Assembly (NCBI GenBank): GCA_951406725.2
Contig: OX597816.1
Span: forward strand, 60,698,001 to 60,762,000
DNA from: Octopus vulgaris
Taxonomy: Eukaryota
DNA: 64,000 bases
Direction of reading: 5' to 3'
The position numbers and the translations under genes are program-made. Positions 50,586 through 63,114 of the stretch are shown in pieces. Position 1 is the first letter of the stretch, and the number at the start of each line of letters is the position of its first letter. The notes under the pieces were generated by a model that was not told where the DNA came from, did no database searches, and was given only the letters and a program-made list of their open reading frames with translations.

Positions 50586-53070
50586 GTGAGTACCTTTACT
50601 ATTTTTCTCTTTTTTTTTTTTTTTGATGCATGGGAGAATTGAAAAAAAATCCATGTTAAATCCTTATAAATGTATTAATATTGGTTAAGGTAATTGACAT
50701 TTCATTAAAAAATACATTTTTATAGCAAATTAGAGGAAGAATATCACCACCCATAATCTTTCTCAGGGCCTCCAAGATTAGTGGCAGGAAAATATACGAA
50801 GAAACTGGAAATCTGGTTTGAATTATTGCAACAGAGTCGAACTTTACTAAAAGTACCTAAAAGCTAGAAATAGAATTAAGCCAGTAGATAGATTAAGTTT
50901 TTACCCAGTTAATTTTCCTGGTATACAGAACAAAAATAATTGCTTTGGTTCTAAAAAGACTACCTGTAGTTTAAGGAATGTTGAATTGTAATTAAACATA
51001 TGTATGACCAAAAATATAACATAAAGACCTAGTTTTTGGTGATGCAGCTGCACTAATAAAAATGTAACTTTAAAATGTAAGGTTTATGGCTTTATAGCTT
51101 TTTTCTGGAGATACTCATACAAATAATCTACAACACTGTATGGCAAGATAAGAGCAAGAGTACCAAGCCACACTGAACCTATGAACCATTCCCAGGAATC
51201 TATGGATCATAACCTGCAAGCTGAGTATTAGCCACATCAGCCTCATCTGTATCTGAAAGGGCCTGAAATGGATGACACCTACAAACAACTTACTTGGTGG
51301 CTTTTACCCACCAGTGCAATATCTGCAAAACTACTTTTGGAAAATCAAAATGTTTCTTTGTGCATAGTATAAACAAGCTTCCACTGCAGTGGAGCCTACT
51401 AGTCTTTGCAAAGAGAGTTTCTACTAACTTTTCAGAAGCCTTTTAACTACCATTCCTCAACCAAGAGGGCTGAAAAAGCTTCCATGTTAACCTTGTACTT
51501 CACCAACTCAGCACTGTATCAGCTCTATAAAACTACTCCATTGTATCAGACTTGTCACATTTGCAATTTCTACATATGAAACACTCTCTGATTACTTTAA
51601 CCCTGTAAATGATGTCCTTTTCATTACCTTCAAAAGTGCTCAAGAACATTGTTTTATCCTTGGTAAACTCTTCAATTTATCTGACAGGGACCTATCCTAA
51701 TTTTTGTAAAGGGGCTACAATGTGTCCCTATACTCATGCCTCTTCTCCCTGATCAGCAGCCTCTGCCAAATGCACATAAACTGACATCTTACAAGTCATA
51801 GAAACAATTGTTACAATCAATCCTTCCATTTGCTTGTCTCTCTCTCCATTTTTCAGAGACCGCTGGAATATCGTAGAACCAGAGTTATTCAATGAGCTTT
51901 TGGCTTTATACCTTTTTATTCTCACCCTTGAGAACTTTAGTGAAAGCAGTGCTATTACAGCTGTAATTAAAGCTTCTGGACTTGTATGGCATGAGATCTT
52001 CAAGCACAGTTGCTCACCTATGCACTACACTTGTCACATATCTCTAGAATTGGAGGCTTTCTGACAAATTGCATTATTGTCTTGTGTGCCAGGAGGGATT
52101 TCCCTGAGTCAAACTCTGGTGTAGACCAGTGATTCACCATTCTTAATTCTGTGCATTTATGATTTAGTTGCAATCAATTCTAAACAAAATACTCTGCTGT
52201 GCAGATGATACTATCATTTCTTAACTTTTTCGCATAAGCATTATCTCCATGCAACCTAAATGCTTTGTGCCAGAATTGCTCTGACTTTATAAGCAGAAAT
52301 TTTGGGAGCAATCTTCAAAAAGGAAATGAAATAGCACTGTACAAACTACAAGCTTTCCCACCTCCAGTATTACAGCAGAACCTATATGTCTTTACAAAGA
52401 GGATTTCTGCTAACTTTTCAAAATCCTTCTAACCATCATCCATCAACCAAAAGGAATGATTCTTAAAAGCACAAAGACATGGTTTTTATGGATACCAAGT
52501 GAACAAATTTGTACTTTGCCCTTTCAGCACTTGAATGACACCTAACCATGAGAGATCAATGAAGATCTCTCATGGTGACTTCATATATCCAAGTTTGCCA
52601 AAATTGCTTCATAAAGACCAGATTTTCTGTTCAGAGCCAGATAATACTTCAGCCTATATTTTTAAATATTTGTAGAAGTTGATCAGAAAATGTAAGGTGG
52701 TGCCCATAACATTTGTAACCAGTCTCAGACTTGTGAAACGGATGCAGTAGATGTTCAGTTTGAACATTTATAGGTCAATGCTTGCAAGAAAAGTATGTAT
52801 AAGGAAGTGGATTCCAAATTGATGCAGTCCTGCTCCTGGAGTTGTGGGACTGGGAGAAGTGTTTAATGTAGGGTTGGGAAGAAGAGACAAAATATGTGTG
52901 CAAGATGGGATGGAGAAAAATAGAAAAGTACAAAAAAAAACAACAATATTATTTAAATCTTTCAAACCCTACTCCACATCAAGCAAGTCCATGTGTGTGA
53001 GAGTGAGAGAAAAATCATTATTTACATTATTAATATTTGACAGATATTTGTCCTCATTTTGTTTGTTGTT

Positions 53071-53116
53071 AACACAACATTTCAGCTGATATACTCTCCT
53101 TCCTTCATCAGGTGTC
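53071..53116 (-). ncRNA. Minimal type I hammerhead motif (degenerate copy)
   Basis: GACAC-CTGATGA-A-GGAAG..CAGCT-GAA-ATGT-T-GTGTT. Confidence 0.55.
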
Positions 53117-53325
53117 TTGGGGAAATTTTGAATCTGGGTTCTCATTCCTAAGGTATTTTTCGATGTTATTATTATTATTACTATTCAGGTCACTGACAGG
53201 AATTGAACTCAGAATCTTGGGGTTGGTAGCCCACTCTCTTAACCACCATGCCATATGTCCGTGGCATAGTGGTTAAGAGCACGGGCTACTAACCCCAAGA
53301 TTCCGAGTTCAATTCAAGGCAGCGG

Positions 53326-53375
<50 letters not shown>

Positions 53376-53446
53376 GTAATAATAATAATAATAATATCAT
53401 CGAAAAATACTTTAGGAATGAGAACCCATGTTCGAAATTTCCCCAA

Positions 53447-53492
53447 GACACCTGATGAAGGCTGGAGAATATATCTGCTGAAACGTTGTGTT
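53447..53492 (+). ncRNA. Minimal type I hammerhead motif
   Basis: GACAC-CTGATGA-A-GGCTG(GAGAATATAT)CTGCT-GAA-ACGT-T-GTGTT. The consensus of the two copies restores stem II as GGCTG/CAGCT. Stem III is the palindrome ACGT. Confidence 0.68.
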
Positions 53493-54011
53493 AACAAACA
53501 AAATGAGGACAAATATCTGTCAAATGTAAATAATGTAAATAATGTATATAATTCATTCCTCATCTTTCAAATATGGAACTGAGAAAAATCATATTTACTA
53601 ACAGAAAAGTATGCTATTAAAATAAATCATCTTTTACATATATTTTTTGAATCACTCTCTCACCTTAATTAAACCCCTTACACACATACATACACACAGA
53701 CACTGACAAACACACACACACACACTCAGTGTGAGTGATATACTTTTAAAGAGGGTGAGAAAGTTTACCATGAGAAAATGAAAGAGATAGACAAATAGAG
53801 AGAAAGAGGCCTTTTCAGTTGCTATCACAGATTCTAAAATTTTAAAATTAAGTGAAAATTGTGATTGTGTGGTAAGTAGCTTGCTTACAAACTACATGGT
53901 TCCGAGTTCAGTCCCACTGCATGGCACCTTGAGCAAGTATCTTCTACTATAGCCTCAGGCCAACCAAAGCCTTGTGAGTGGATTTGGTAGACAGAAACTG
54001 AAAGGAGCCCG

Positions 54012-54058
<47 letters not shown>

Positions 54059-54300
54059 AGATAAGAAAATGGAGAAATACATCTAAATCAAATATCAATT
54101 ACCAGATAATACTCAATCACATACTTTATTAAACCACCACATAAGAGACTAGGGTTAAACATGAAAAAGCAGAACAAATCAGTGTACATAAAGGAATGTA
54201 CATAAAAAAGTGTACATAAAAGAGTAATGTTGTATAATAAGTAGAATATATATAAAAAAGAGAATATAAATATAAGTAAATATAAATATATGTATATATT

Positions 54301-54431
54301 ACATCTTACAGCTGTTTCGGCCATGTAGATAAGTATGTCTCATTTTACCAATATTAGCCTTTTATGGTAGGTCAATATATAGATATAAATGAGACATTTA
54401 CAAAAATATCATAAGGCCTCTTCGGAGATAT
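54301..54431 (-). ncRNA. Type I hammerhead motif with extended stem II (U4C)
   Basis: ATATCT-CCGAAGA-GGCC...GGCC-GAA-ACAGCTGT-A-AGATGT. Confidence 0.62.
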
Positions 54432-54785
54432 ACATATACATATGAGTGCATAACCCGGACATACATATGTGCCACTTTGGATCCTAATGTAAGCGTTATT
54501 AATAATATTATGAATGATAATAATGGTAGCATTAATGGTATTGACAACGATAATGATGCTAACTTTAATGACACTTTGGAAATTAGTAGAAAGTAATATA
54601 ATGTACTATTGACTATGTATATTTGCATCTAGGTACTAATATGTGTATATTTATTATCACAATATTAAGTTGAAAAACTGAAACATTGAATGTGGAACAT
54701 ATATATGTTTACTAATTTATATTATTTATTTACATCATTATGTATATGTATAGGAGTGTGAGTATATGCACTCATATGTATATGC

Positions 54786-54916
54786 ATATTTCCGAAGAGG
54801 CCTTATGATATTTTTGTATATGTCTCATTTATATCTATATATTGACCTACCCTAAAAGGCTAATATTGGTAAAATGAGACATACTTATCTACATGGCCGA
54901 AACAGCTGTAAGATGT
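54786..54916 (+). ncRNA. Type I hammerhead motif with extended stem II (U4C)
   Basis: ATATTT-CCGAAGA-GGCC(~92 nt including TGTCTCATTT/AAATGAGACA)GGCC-GAA-ACAGCTGT-A-AGATGT. Confidence 0.62.
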
Positions 54917-55328
54917 AATCTATACATATATTTATATTTACTTATATTTATATTCTCTTTTTTATATATATTCTACTTATTATACAACATTACTCTTTTA
55001 TGTACACTTTTTTATGTACATTCCTTTATGTACACTGATTTGTTCTGCTTTTTTATGTTTAACCCTACAGTCTCTTATGTGGTGGTTTAATAAAGTATGT
55101 GATTGAGTATTATCTAGTAATTGATATTTGATTTAGATGTATTTCTCCATTTTCTTATCTTGTATTAGTAATTTGTGGTAAATCATTTTACCTTTGCCCA
55201 TATAATACAGTAAATGAATTGATTGCATTGCAATCCTTAACATTTATGTATTAACTTTGTTGGGTACTTCACTAGCAGTATATTGGATATATGTTATCCC
55301 ATGGAGGGTTGCATTTACAACCCTATCT

Positions 55329-55409
<81 letters not shown>

Positions 55410-56070
55410 TGTGTGTATGTATGTGTGTGTGTGTTTGTCCTCCCAACATCACTTGACCACTGATGCTGGTGTGTTTATGTCCCCGTAACTTAGCAGTTTG
55501 GCAAAAGAGACCGATAGAATAAGTACTAGGCTTACAAAGAATAAGTCTTGGGATTGATTTGCTTGACTAAAGGTGGTACTCCAGCATGGCCACAGTCAAA
55601 TGACTGAAACAAGTAAAAGAGTAAAGAGTAGAGAGTTGATGGTGATAAATAGAGATTTAGTGATCTAAAAGTTGAGTCATTTCTTTTATCAAATTATATT
55701 TTTGTATTACTATTTATGGAAAACATTGTTGTTGGGATGCAGATTTTGAAAATGAATTTCATTCTTCTCAATGCTGCACCATTTCAGAGCCTTTTAGGGT
55801 AAAACACATATACATAACCATATGCACTTGTATTTATATAGCAGAAGAGATGGATGGATGGATGGATTTGACTGACAGACTGATGGATGGGCATGCAGGC
55901 ATGTAAGCAGACAGACAGAGTGATTTTTAAAGATTTTAGGGTGTGATTTGAGAAAGATTTGCCTGCTATTTCTTCCACATACTTGTAAGGATACTGATAA
56001 AGATGACAACTCTCTAAACTCATTTCAAACTTTCATTGCTCTAATTAATCTTGATTTCTGTTAATCTCAG

Positions 56071-56245
56071 GTTGTTGTTCAGTGTCAAAGAACAGTCTGA
56101 ACTGGCTTCTAAATCAAAAGGAAAAAGGTAAATTTATTACTATTGTCATCGGAGGAGCAGTAGAAGCCCTCAAAGCAAACCCAGGCAGCTTCAAACTAAA
56201 AATCAAAAGCCGGAAAGGATTTATCAAGCTAGCTCTCCAGCATGG
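56071..56245 (+). CDS. MOGAT2: DGAT2/MOGAT-family acyltransferase, second coding exon
   Basis: CTCAG| then GCCSVSKNSLNWLL...IVIGGAVEAL...RKGFIKLALQHG |GTGAGT. Phases 1 and 2 match the neighbouring exons. Confidence 0.95.
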
Positions 56246-58437
56246 GTGAGTCCATATTTTAATTTAATAGAGCGTAATGGTTTGATGTACAAATAAGATT
56301 GCCAGAAAAGGACAGGCTGTGCTCTTAGTTCAGAGTGGATGTTGTTGTTTAGATCAGCACTGATCTAGGACACTTGGGATTAACAGCATTCCTGTCACAA
56401 TGATTCTGTCTTTTATACAGGACTACCTTATTTAATATGTTCTCTCTCTCTCTCTCTGTATTTCTTATGGGAAATTTTTAAAATGATGTTTTTAGAAAAA
56501 AGAAACATAGAAAACTATTGATTACTTCATTAGAACATCAAGCTTACAATCATGAGGTTGTGAGTTCAAATCCCGGACCAGGCTGCGTGTTGTGTTCTTG
56601 AGCAAGACACTTTATTTCACGTTGTTCCAGTTCACTCAGCTGTAGAAATGAGTTGTGACGTCACAGGTGCCAAGCTGTATCGGCCTATGCCATTCCCTTG
56701 GATAATATCAGTGGTGTGGAAAGGGGAGGCCAGTATGTATGGGCGACTGCTGGTCTTCCATAAACAACCTTGCTCGGACTTGTGCCTGGGAGGGTAATTT
56801 CTAGGTGCAATCCTACGGTCAATCATGACCGAAGGGATCTCAGATATTATAACAAAATTGTGTATAATAAATTTGTTTGGACACTCAAGTATTAGTATAG
56901 ATTTTATAAAGCCTTAAATTATATTTATAAAACTTCACAGCACATCTAGACATTCCTCGAGGTGCATTGTTTGAAACCATTTCAGTAGGGAGTGAGTTCA
57001 TGGATATTTGGCTGTTCTTAACAGATGTGGGGAAACTGTTTTTGTTTTAAGCTGTCTAAGAAATTGTAGAAGCATATCTATGATGATAAAAATTATTTAA
57101 CCTAACTTTAACCAATTTATGAGTATGCAACATGCATAAACTACTGTTTTGGTATTAAGGCTTAAACAATTTTTCCTATATAGCTTTTTATAGGTTTCAT
57201 CAGTGAACAGTTTCAAATTTGAATGTGGGTAAAATTTCAGCTGCATTTAGAGGTTCATATATCAGCTTGAATGACATAGTTGAAAGTAATGAGAGATAGT
57301 AAAAGCATTCAAAAGGGCTGGAAGCTATAACAAAACGCCTTCCTACACATAAAGCATTTGTGGGATGAATGTAAGCATGAAACACTAGATGTCAAACAGT
57401 TAAAAGGTAATTACTAACGTTGTTGTTGGCCTTTAAAACCAGGATCCATCTTTTGGGCTGTATAGGACAGCATTATTTAATGTGTCCTTTACAATTCTAA
57501 GGTGGTGGGATATGATTAAAGATAGATTTGACTGTTATTTCTAGCTGTTCAAAAAATCACCCTGAGTTCTCTCTTTAGTTTGTATTGATAAGTATTAAAT
57601 ATTTGGAAACACAATATTATGCAGTTGTACATATTTTAAACATGAAAACTATTTGATTAGGATAGTCACTAATTTTTTTAATTTCACATACAATGCATCT
57701 GGGACCATATTATTCAATATGGTCGATCAAATTATCTGATATGAAAAGTCGTTTTCACTATGACTCCGCCAAAAATTTCATGCCAGTTGTGCTAATATTA
57801 TTTTCAGCTTTTCAAAATATTTTCTCATCCTTCAGATCCCAATCCTAGATTCCCAAACTAATGTTACTTGGATTTGAAATAATGGAAAAGATTTGATTTG
57901 GACACAAGTTAATAATAACAATCAAGTGTTCTTCCCTTTTCAAGACTGTAGAATGAATGGTTTATGTGAGATTCAGATGCTATTTCTACCAGGCTCCTTC
58001 TGTCTATTGGCTAGAAAACTGACTGATTGGTCAGTTGTGTTTTATTGTTTCATTAATGACTGATTAGCAATATCTCGTAATAAAGTATTATTTCGAGATA
58101 AATACCAAGGACATAAGCCAGAAGACAATATCTCTATGATATCATCTACAGTCGCTTAGGATGATATAGACATACAAAAGCAAGGACTGGATATGGGTGA
58201 AACACTTTTGTATACAGGTCTGTTTGACCGAGGCAGACCTCTGGCTAAACAGATCAAGAGAACCTCGGGTTAAACAACAACAGCATTCCATTGTTAACCT
58301 ATCGACATTATTGCGAACTTGTCACAAATTTTACTTTAGTAATGTTTAAAGTTGTCTCCCTTGAAACAATTTTTTTTACTTCGTCGGGATTTTTTTCCAA
58401 TGTTTCACTCAACTATCACCAAATACTTCGTTCTCTT

Positions 58438-60250
58438 TAAATAATAATAATAATAATAAACATTGTGTACAGTGCTCAGGTGCACTACAACTCATCGAAA
58501 GTGTATATATAATCAGGTGTAGTTTCGACGGATTTCGGGAAGCATGAGGGCCTTAAAGGATGCAGTGTCATGGCAGTCAACAACTGACGCAGGCAGTTTA
58601 TTCCATGCTTCAGCAACTCTGAGTGTGAAGAAATGTTTCCGAAAGTCATGGGAGCTGTGTTGTTTTCTGACTTTGTGGGCATGTCCACGTGTGTTAGACA
58701 CATGGAGATCAAAAAGGTGTTCAGTGTTGTTATTGGTGAGGTGGTTGACAACTTTGTGGGTGTTTACCAAGTCCGTCGCCAGACGCCGGAGCTTCAGTGA
58801 ATCCATGCCCAGGGAAACAAGGCGCTCAGAATATGGTAGGTGTCTGATGGAGGGTATGCGTTTGGTTGCACGTCTCTGAACAGATTCCAGGAGGTCAATG
58901 TTCTGAGCAAGATAGGGGTTCCAAACTGATGATGCGAATTCCAAGTGTGGTCGTACCATAGCTGTATACAGTTTTAAATAGATGGCTGGAGAGCGGCTAA
59001 CAAAAGTCTTGCTGAGTGATGCCAAGACACCCTCGGCCTTCTTGACAATTTTAGAGATATGCTTTGTCCAACGCAAATCACTGCTGACAGTGATGCCTAG
59101 GTCACGCTCGCAAGAGGATTTCTTGATATCAGTGTTGTGGAGGGAGTATGTGGACGCAGGGTTTTTTCTCCCAAAATGCATGGTGGTACACTTGTCCACA
59201 GCCAGTTTCAGTTGCCAGTCTGTGATCCATTGCTGCATTGTGTCCAAGTCTGATTGCAGGAAAGAGCTGTAGACAACAGGATATGTCCTCTTGATTTCAA
59301 GGTACAGCTTGATGTCGTCTGCATATTTTAATACTGTGGCATTCTTTAAATTTGCCTCTATGTCATTAATGTATGCCACAAACAAGAGGGGACCAAGAAC
59401 AGATCCCTGTGGTACACCCGATGACATCTCATATGGTGTAGAATGCTGTCCTAGAACTGTGACTACCTCCTTTTGGTTGAGAATGAAGGACTTCAACCAG
59501 TTAAAAAGGTCATCCCTCACACCCATTGCAGAGAGTTTCACCATAAGCCTTTTGTGTGGCACAGAGTTGAAAGCCTTAGCAAAGTCAAGGTAGACAACAT
59601 CCACCCATGAGCCACTGTCAGTGATCTGAGTAATGTCCTCAAGGAACTCGACAAGCTGATCACTGCAGCTGGAGTTAGGGACAAATCCATATTGTGAGGG
59701 TCGGATGAGACTGTGTGAGCTCCAGAAGTTCCAAAGTGTTTCTCTGACACACGATTCCATCAGTTTTGCAATACAGCTAGTGAGACTGACTGGGCGATAG
59801 TTGACAGGTGATGTACGGTCGCCCTTCTTGAACAGAGGAATGACACTGGCAGTTTTCCACTGTTCCGGAGTAGCACCATTGTTGAGACAGTACTGGAAGA
59901 AAGTAGAGAGCTGGTGTAAAAGGAAGTACCTGCCACGTTTGAGAAGCAGGTATGTAACTCCATCAAGACCAGGGGAGGCATAGTTGCGCTTATTTTGAAG
60001 GTGACGTCGCAGCATTGCAGGTGTAAATTCCATAGTTGTTATGGAATTTGCTGTTAGAGATGGCGAAGATGGCACATTTTGACTTTCAACAGTGAATATG
60101 TTTGCATAGCACTCGGCAATGAGTTCTGCGCATTCCTTGGGGTCGTCAGTGATCTGGTTTGTGTGAGGGTTGCGAAGAGGGCCCACTGGAGAGTGAGGTC
60201 TCTGCTTCGAATGCACATATTTCCAGAAAACCTTGCTGTCAGGATTGGCT
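58438..60250 (-). mobile_element. 5'-truncated young CR1-group LINE, antisense in a MOGAT intron
   Basis: Uninterrupted RT ORF, short 3' UTR and (TTA)n tail at 58438-58459. Confidence 0.93.
58513..60216 (-). CDS. LINE ORF2 remnant (reverse transcriptase domain, no endonuclease)
   Basis: [37 protein letters not shown] and C-terminal TRGH...FFTLRVAEAWNKLP. Confidence 0.9.
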   Translation of the reverse strand: MHSKQRPHSPVGPLRNPHTNQITDDPKECAELIAECYANIFTVESQNVPSSPSLTANSITTMEFTPAMLRRHLQNKRNYASPGLDGVTYLLLKRGRYFLLHQLSTFFQYCLNNGATPEQWKTASVIPLFKKGDRTSPVNYRPVSLTSCIAKLMESCVRETLWNFWSSHSLIRPSQYGFVPNSSCSDQLVEFLEDITQITDSGSWVDVVYLDFAKAFNSVPHKRLMVKLSAMGVRDDLFNWLKSFILNQKEVVTVLGQHSTPYEMSSGVPQGSVLGPLLFVAYINDIEANLKNATVLKYADDIKLYLEIKRTYPVVYSSFLQSDLDTMQQWITDWQLKLAVDKCTTMHFGRKNPASTYSLHNTDIKKSSCERDLGITVSSDLRWTKHISKIVKKAEGVLASLSKTFVSRSPAIYLKLYTAMVRPHLEFASSVWNPYLAQNIDLLESVQRRATKRIPSIRHLPYSERLVSLGMDSLKLRRLATDLVNTHKVVNHLTNNNTEHLFDLHVSNTRGHAHKVRKQHSSHDFRKHFFTLRVAEAWNKLPASVVDCHDTASFKALMLPEIRRNYT

Positions 60251-60507
60251 GCTATGCACTTTGCTTACGTTTCTTTACATTCTCAGTTCAAGTCTTTTCG
60301 AGTCGCCAACGTCTTTTTCCAATATCACCGTGTGATACTTTGGATAAGTATTTTTAATCTTAGCATTGAGTCATTTAATGCTTTGTGAGTGAAATTTGCT
60401 ACATGAAAACTGTTCAGTAGCCTGCAAGGATCGTTCATGTCGCGGAGTAATGAACTTAATCTGTTGTCTAGTTTAACAAGAAGGCAGCGAATTGATAACC
60501 TTTAGAG

Positions 60508-61790
60508 CATAGCTTCCCAAAGTGGGTGATATCGCCCAGCAATGGGTGATTTCAACTTAGAGGTGGGCGAATGGCTAATTTCTAGAAAAGGTGGGCGATC
60601 TGAACATTTTGTAGGTGACAACGAATTTTAGAAAGTAAGTCTGCATTTGCTTATATCTAGGTATACCTAGAATAAGGATGCACTTACATCGATTTGACTA
60701 CTCGGATGAGATGTCGGTTTGTATTAAAAAAGCGGACTTGTTTATTGAATATTTTTGTTGCAGTCATTGAGACGGTTGTCATGTGTACTAAAAATAGCAG
60801 CCAAATAGGCCTAAGCTTTAAATCACATTCTACTACAATTTTTTTTTTTTTTGCATAATCGTATGAAATCCGGCATATAGAATTCAAATTCACAAGCATT
60901 TTCTGAAAACTCTGAAAAATAAAAAAAGTTATGAGGGGTTACAGGCCGTGCATAATTCTGTAGTTTCATATCAAAACACAAGTGCTGTTTTCAGGATGTT
61001 GACAAAATGTGCAGCCACATACAAAACGACAACTTTGAAATTGTGCTTCTTGACTGGGTGAAAATGATCAAACTTCAAACCTCTATAACTTTTTAATAAA
61101 ACATTTTTCTAGAAAAAGTTGAATAATTCAAGCAATTTAGCTTGGAAAGCTATATTAATATGCCAAACTTTAACATTTTTGATAAACTTCAATTTTTGAA
61201 ATGCTGGCAGTCAAACGAACTAGATCTGTATTTGCTCCAGTAGAGACGTGTCATCCAACTCTATTGTCATCCAACTCTATTGTGTTGGATTCTCTTTGGG
61301 AATACCATACTGCCTTTCCAATGCTGCTTGCAGAAATTCGTTTTCACATTTTTCAGTTTACTGATGCCTCCAGTCAAGAAAATTTGTCAACAGTGCAATA
61401 GTGATTATTTATTGTTTGGATTTATTCCCTCTCCTCAGAACTGTCAGTTACCAATGTGCCTTCTTTGCTATCAAACATTGACCAATGAAGCGATGAAACC
61501 TTCACGCTTGAAGTATCACTTTGGTGCAAAGCATTCTGACAAGAAGGACAAGCCGTTATCACACTTTTTGCATCTGAGCTCCTCTTTCAAAAAGCAAATA
61601 CAAACATTCAACACACTACCCCAGGAAACTAGGAAACAGGAAAATGATGGGTTGATTGCATCGTACAACATTGCATTGCTTGTTGCTAAGTCTGGGAAGT
61701 CTCATATAATTGGAGAAACGTTACTTTGCCCAGTTTTGAAGAGGTTTTGTCAACCATTATGCACAAAAAACTCAATAACATTATGAAGAC
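60508..61790 (+). mobile_element. hAT (Buster/Charlie-type) transposon 5' remnant
   Basis: 61365-61786 encodes YLLFGF...PMCLLC...EAMKPSRLKYHF..KH and ASYNIALLVAKSGKSHIIGE, the Buster/ZBED5-like N-terminus. Candidate left end CATAGCTTCCCAAAGTGGG at 60508. Other repeats are nested inside. Confidence 0.8.
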
Positions 61791-62276
61791 AGAAAGAACC
61801 ATGTTAACACTGACAGCATTGAGTAAATAAGGCAGGAATGTACTTCTGCCAAATGCTGAGTAAAAGAGAGGAAGAATTCTGTTAGAGTTTTGTACGTATA
61901 ATAATTTTCTAGCTAAAGTAAGTCAGGAGAATTAGGTATGTATATATGTATGTATGTATATATGTATGTATGTGTGTATTTATGTTTGTGTGTGTGCGAG
62001 TGTGTATGCATGCATGCATGGATATGTTTATCCATGTTTGTGTATACCAGAATAAATATGTTGTTGAGATTTTCAGTTCATGGGCAGGAGGTAACTCTAA
62101 AGAGATGTAAACCATGTAGTATCAGATTAAGTGATAAGGTTAACATAATTAAATAAACCTTTTAATAGTAGTGCAATGTGTGAGCCTTGTTACAGGACGA
62201 CTGGGCCAAGGAAGATGTTAAAAAAATAAACCTGTACCATTCAAAAATTATGTTTTCCTGTTTCTCTTTTAAACAG

Positions 62277-62476
62277 AACCCCTCTGATCCCAGTATACTC
62301 TTTTGGAGAGAATGATCTTTTTCTGCAGCTGAGTTTTGAGAAACTACAGTGGCTGAAGTGGCTTCAAGTGAAATTCACAAGATATACTGGTATTGCACCA
62401 GTAATCTTCCATGGAAGGGGTATTTTTAACTACACATTTGGAATTGTGCCTTTCCGGAAACCTGTTAATACTGTTG
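62277..62476 (+). CDS. MOGAT2: DGAT2/MOGAT-family acyltransferase, third coding exon
   Basis: AAACAG| then TPLIPVYSFGENDLF...FHGRGIFNYTFGIVPFRKPVNTV |GTAATT. 200 nt, phases 2 and 1. Not present in the supplied ORF track. Confidence 0.95.
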
Positions 62477-63032
62477 GTAATTATTAACCCTCTTCCGCCT
62501 CTTTCCTTCATGATAGCCATCACATCTTTTTCCACACACAGTGTATTTAGGCTGCATTATTTAATCAGGCTCCAGTCTGATCTGGCAGTGTTTCTACAGC
62601 TGGATGCCCTTCCTAACGCCAACCACTCCATGAGTGTATTGGATGCTTTTTACGTGCCACCAGCACAGAAGCCAGTCAAGGCGGTGCTGGCATCGGCCAC
62701 GTTCGGATGGTGCTTTTTACGTGCCACCAGCACTGATACCACAACTACAATTTCCATTTGATACTTATTTTGATATATATATATATATATATATAAAACA
62801 GCACTCACCAACATGACCACAGTTAATGTCCTAGACCTGAAAATAAGCAAGTACTACCCTTATAGGTAGCCCTAGAAAGAAACTGTGCATCCACAGATTT
62901 AATTTTCAAAATCTGCATTCCAACAACAAGGTTTTGGTTATTAGTACAATTACATACCAGCTATGTGCAAGAGAACACCTGGCATGTAATTGTACATTTG
63001 TTTCCAGGTATTATGTATTGTGTATAAAAAAA

Positions 63033-63114
63033 CATCCTGATGAGGAGAGTGTCAGTTTCGAATATATGAAATGTTTCATATTAATTGGCGCGTCTCCGAA
63101 ACGGCCCATAGATG
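63033..63114 (+). ncRNA. Type I hammerhead motif with long stem II, canonical core
   Basis: CATC-CTGATGA-GGAGA/TCTCC (extended by GTGTCAGTT/AATTGGCGC and ATATGAAA/TTTCATAT)-GAA-ACGGCCCAT-A-GATG. The homolog at 3749-3772 has the paired ACG/CGT stem III and a GUA site. Confidence 0.7.

Larger units (their letters stand above)
53007..53592. mobile_element. TSD-flanked inverted element: tRNA-like head + (AAT)n + hammerhead
   Basis: Arms at ~53016-53253 and 53262-53544. GAGAAAAATCAT direct repeat at 53007-18 and 53581-92. Confidence 0.8.
54055..55330. mobile_element. Penelope-style element with ~395-bp inverted arms, nested in a SINE (TA)n
   Basis: 54055-54451 is the inverse of ~54765-55164. It splits a SINE into head (53863-54013) and tail (55430-55630). 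Confidence 0.8.

Noticed and set aside
53261-53327. Functional tRNA-Ser(ACT) gene
   Set aside because: The acceptor and T stems do not close, there is no long variable arm and it is part of a repeat; treated as a SINE-type head. The same applies to the heads at 27052 and 28331.
58544-59983. Plus-strand ORFs over the LINE (and those over the mariner at 1852-3131)
   Set aside because: Antisense shadows of transposon coding sequence.
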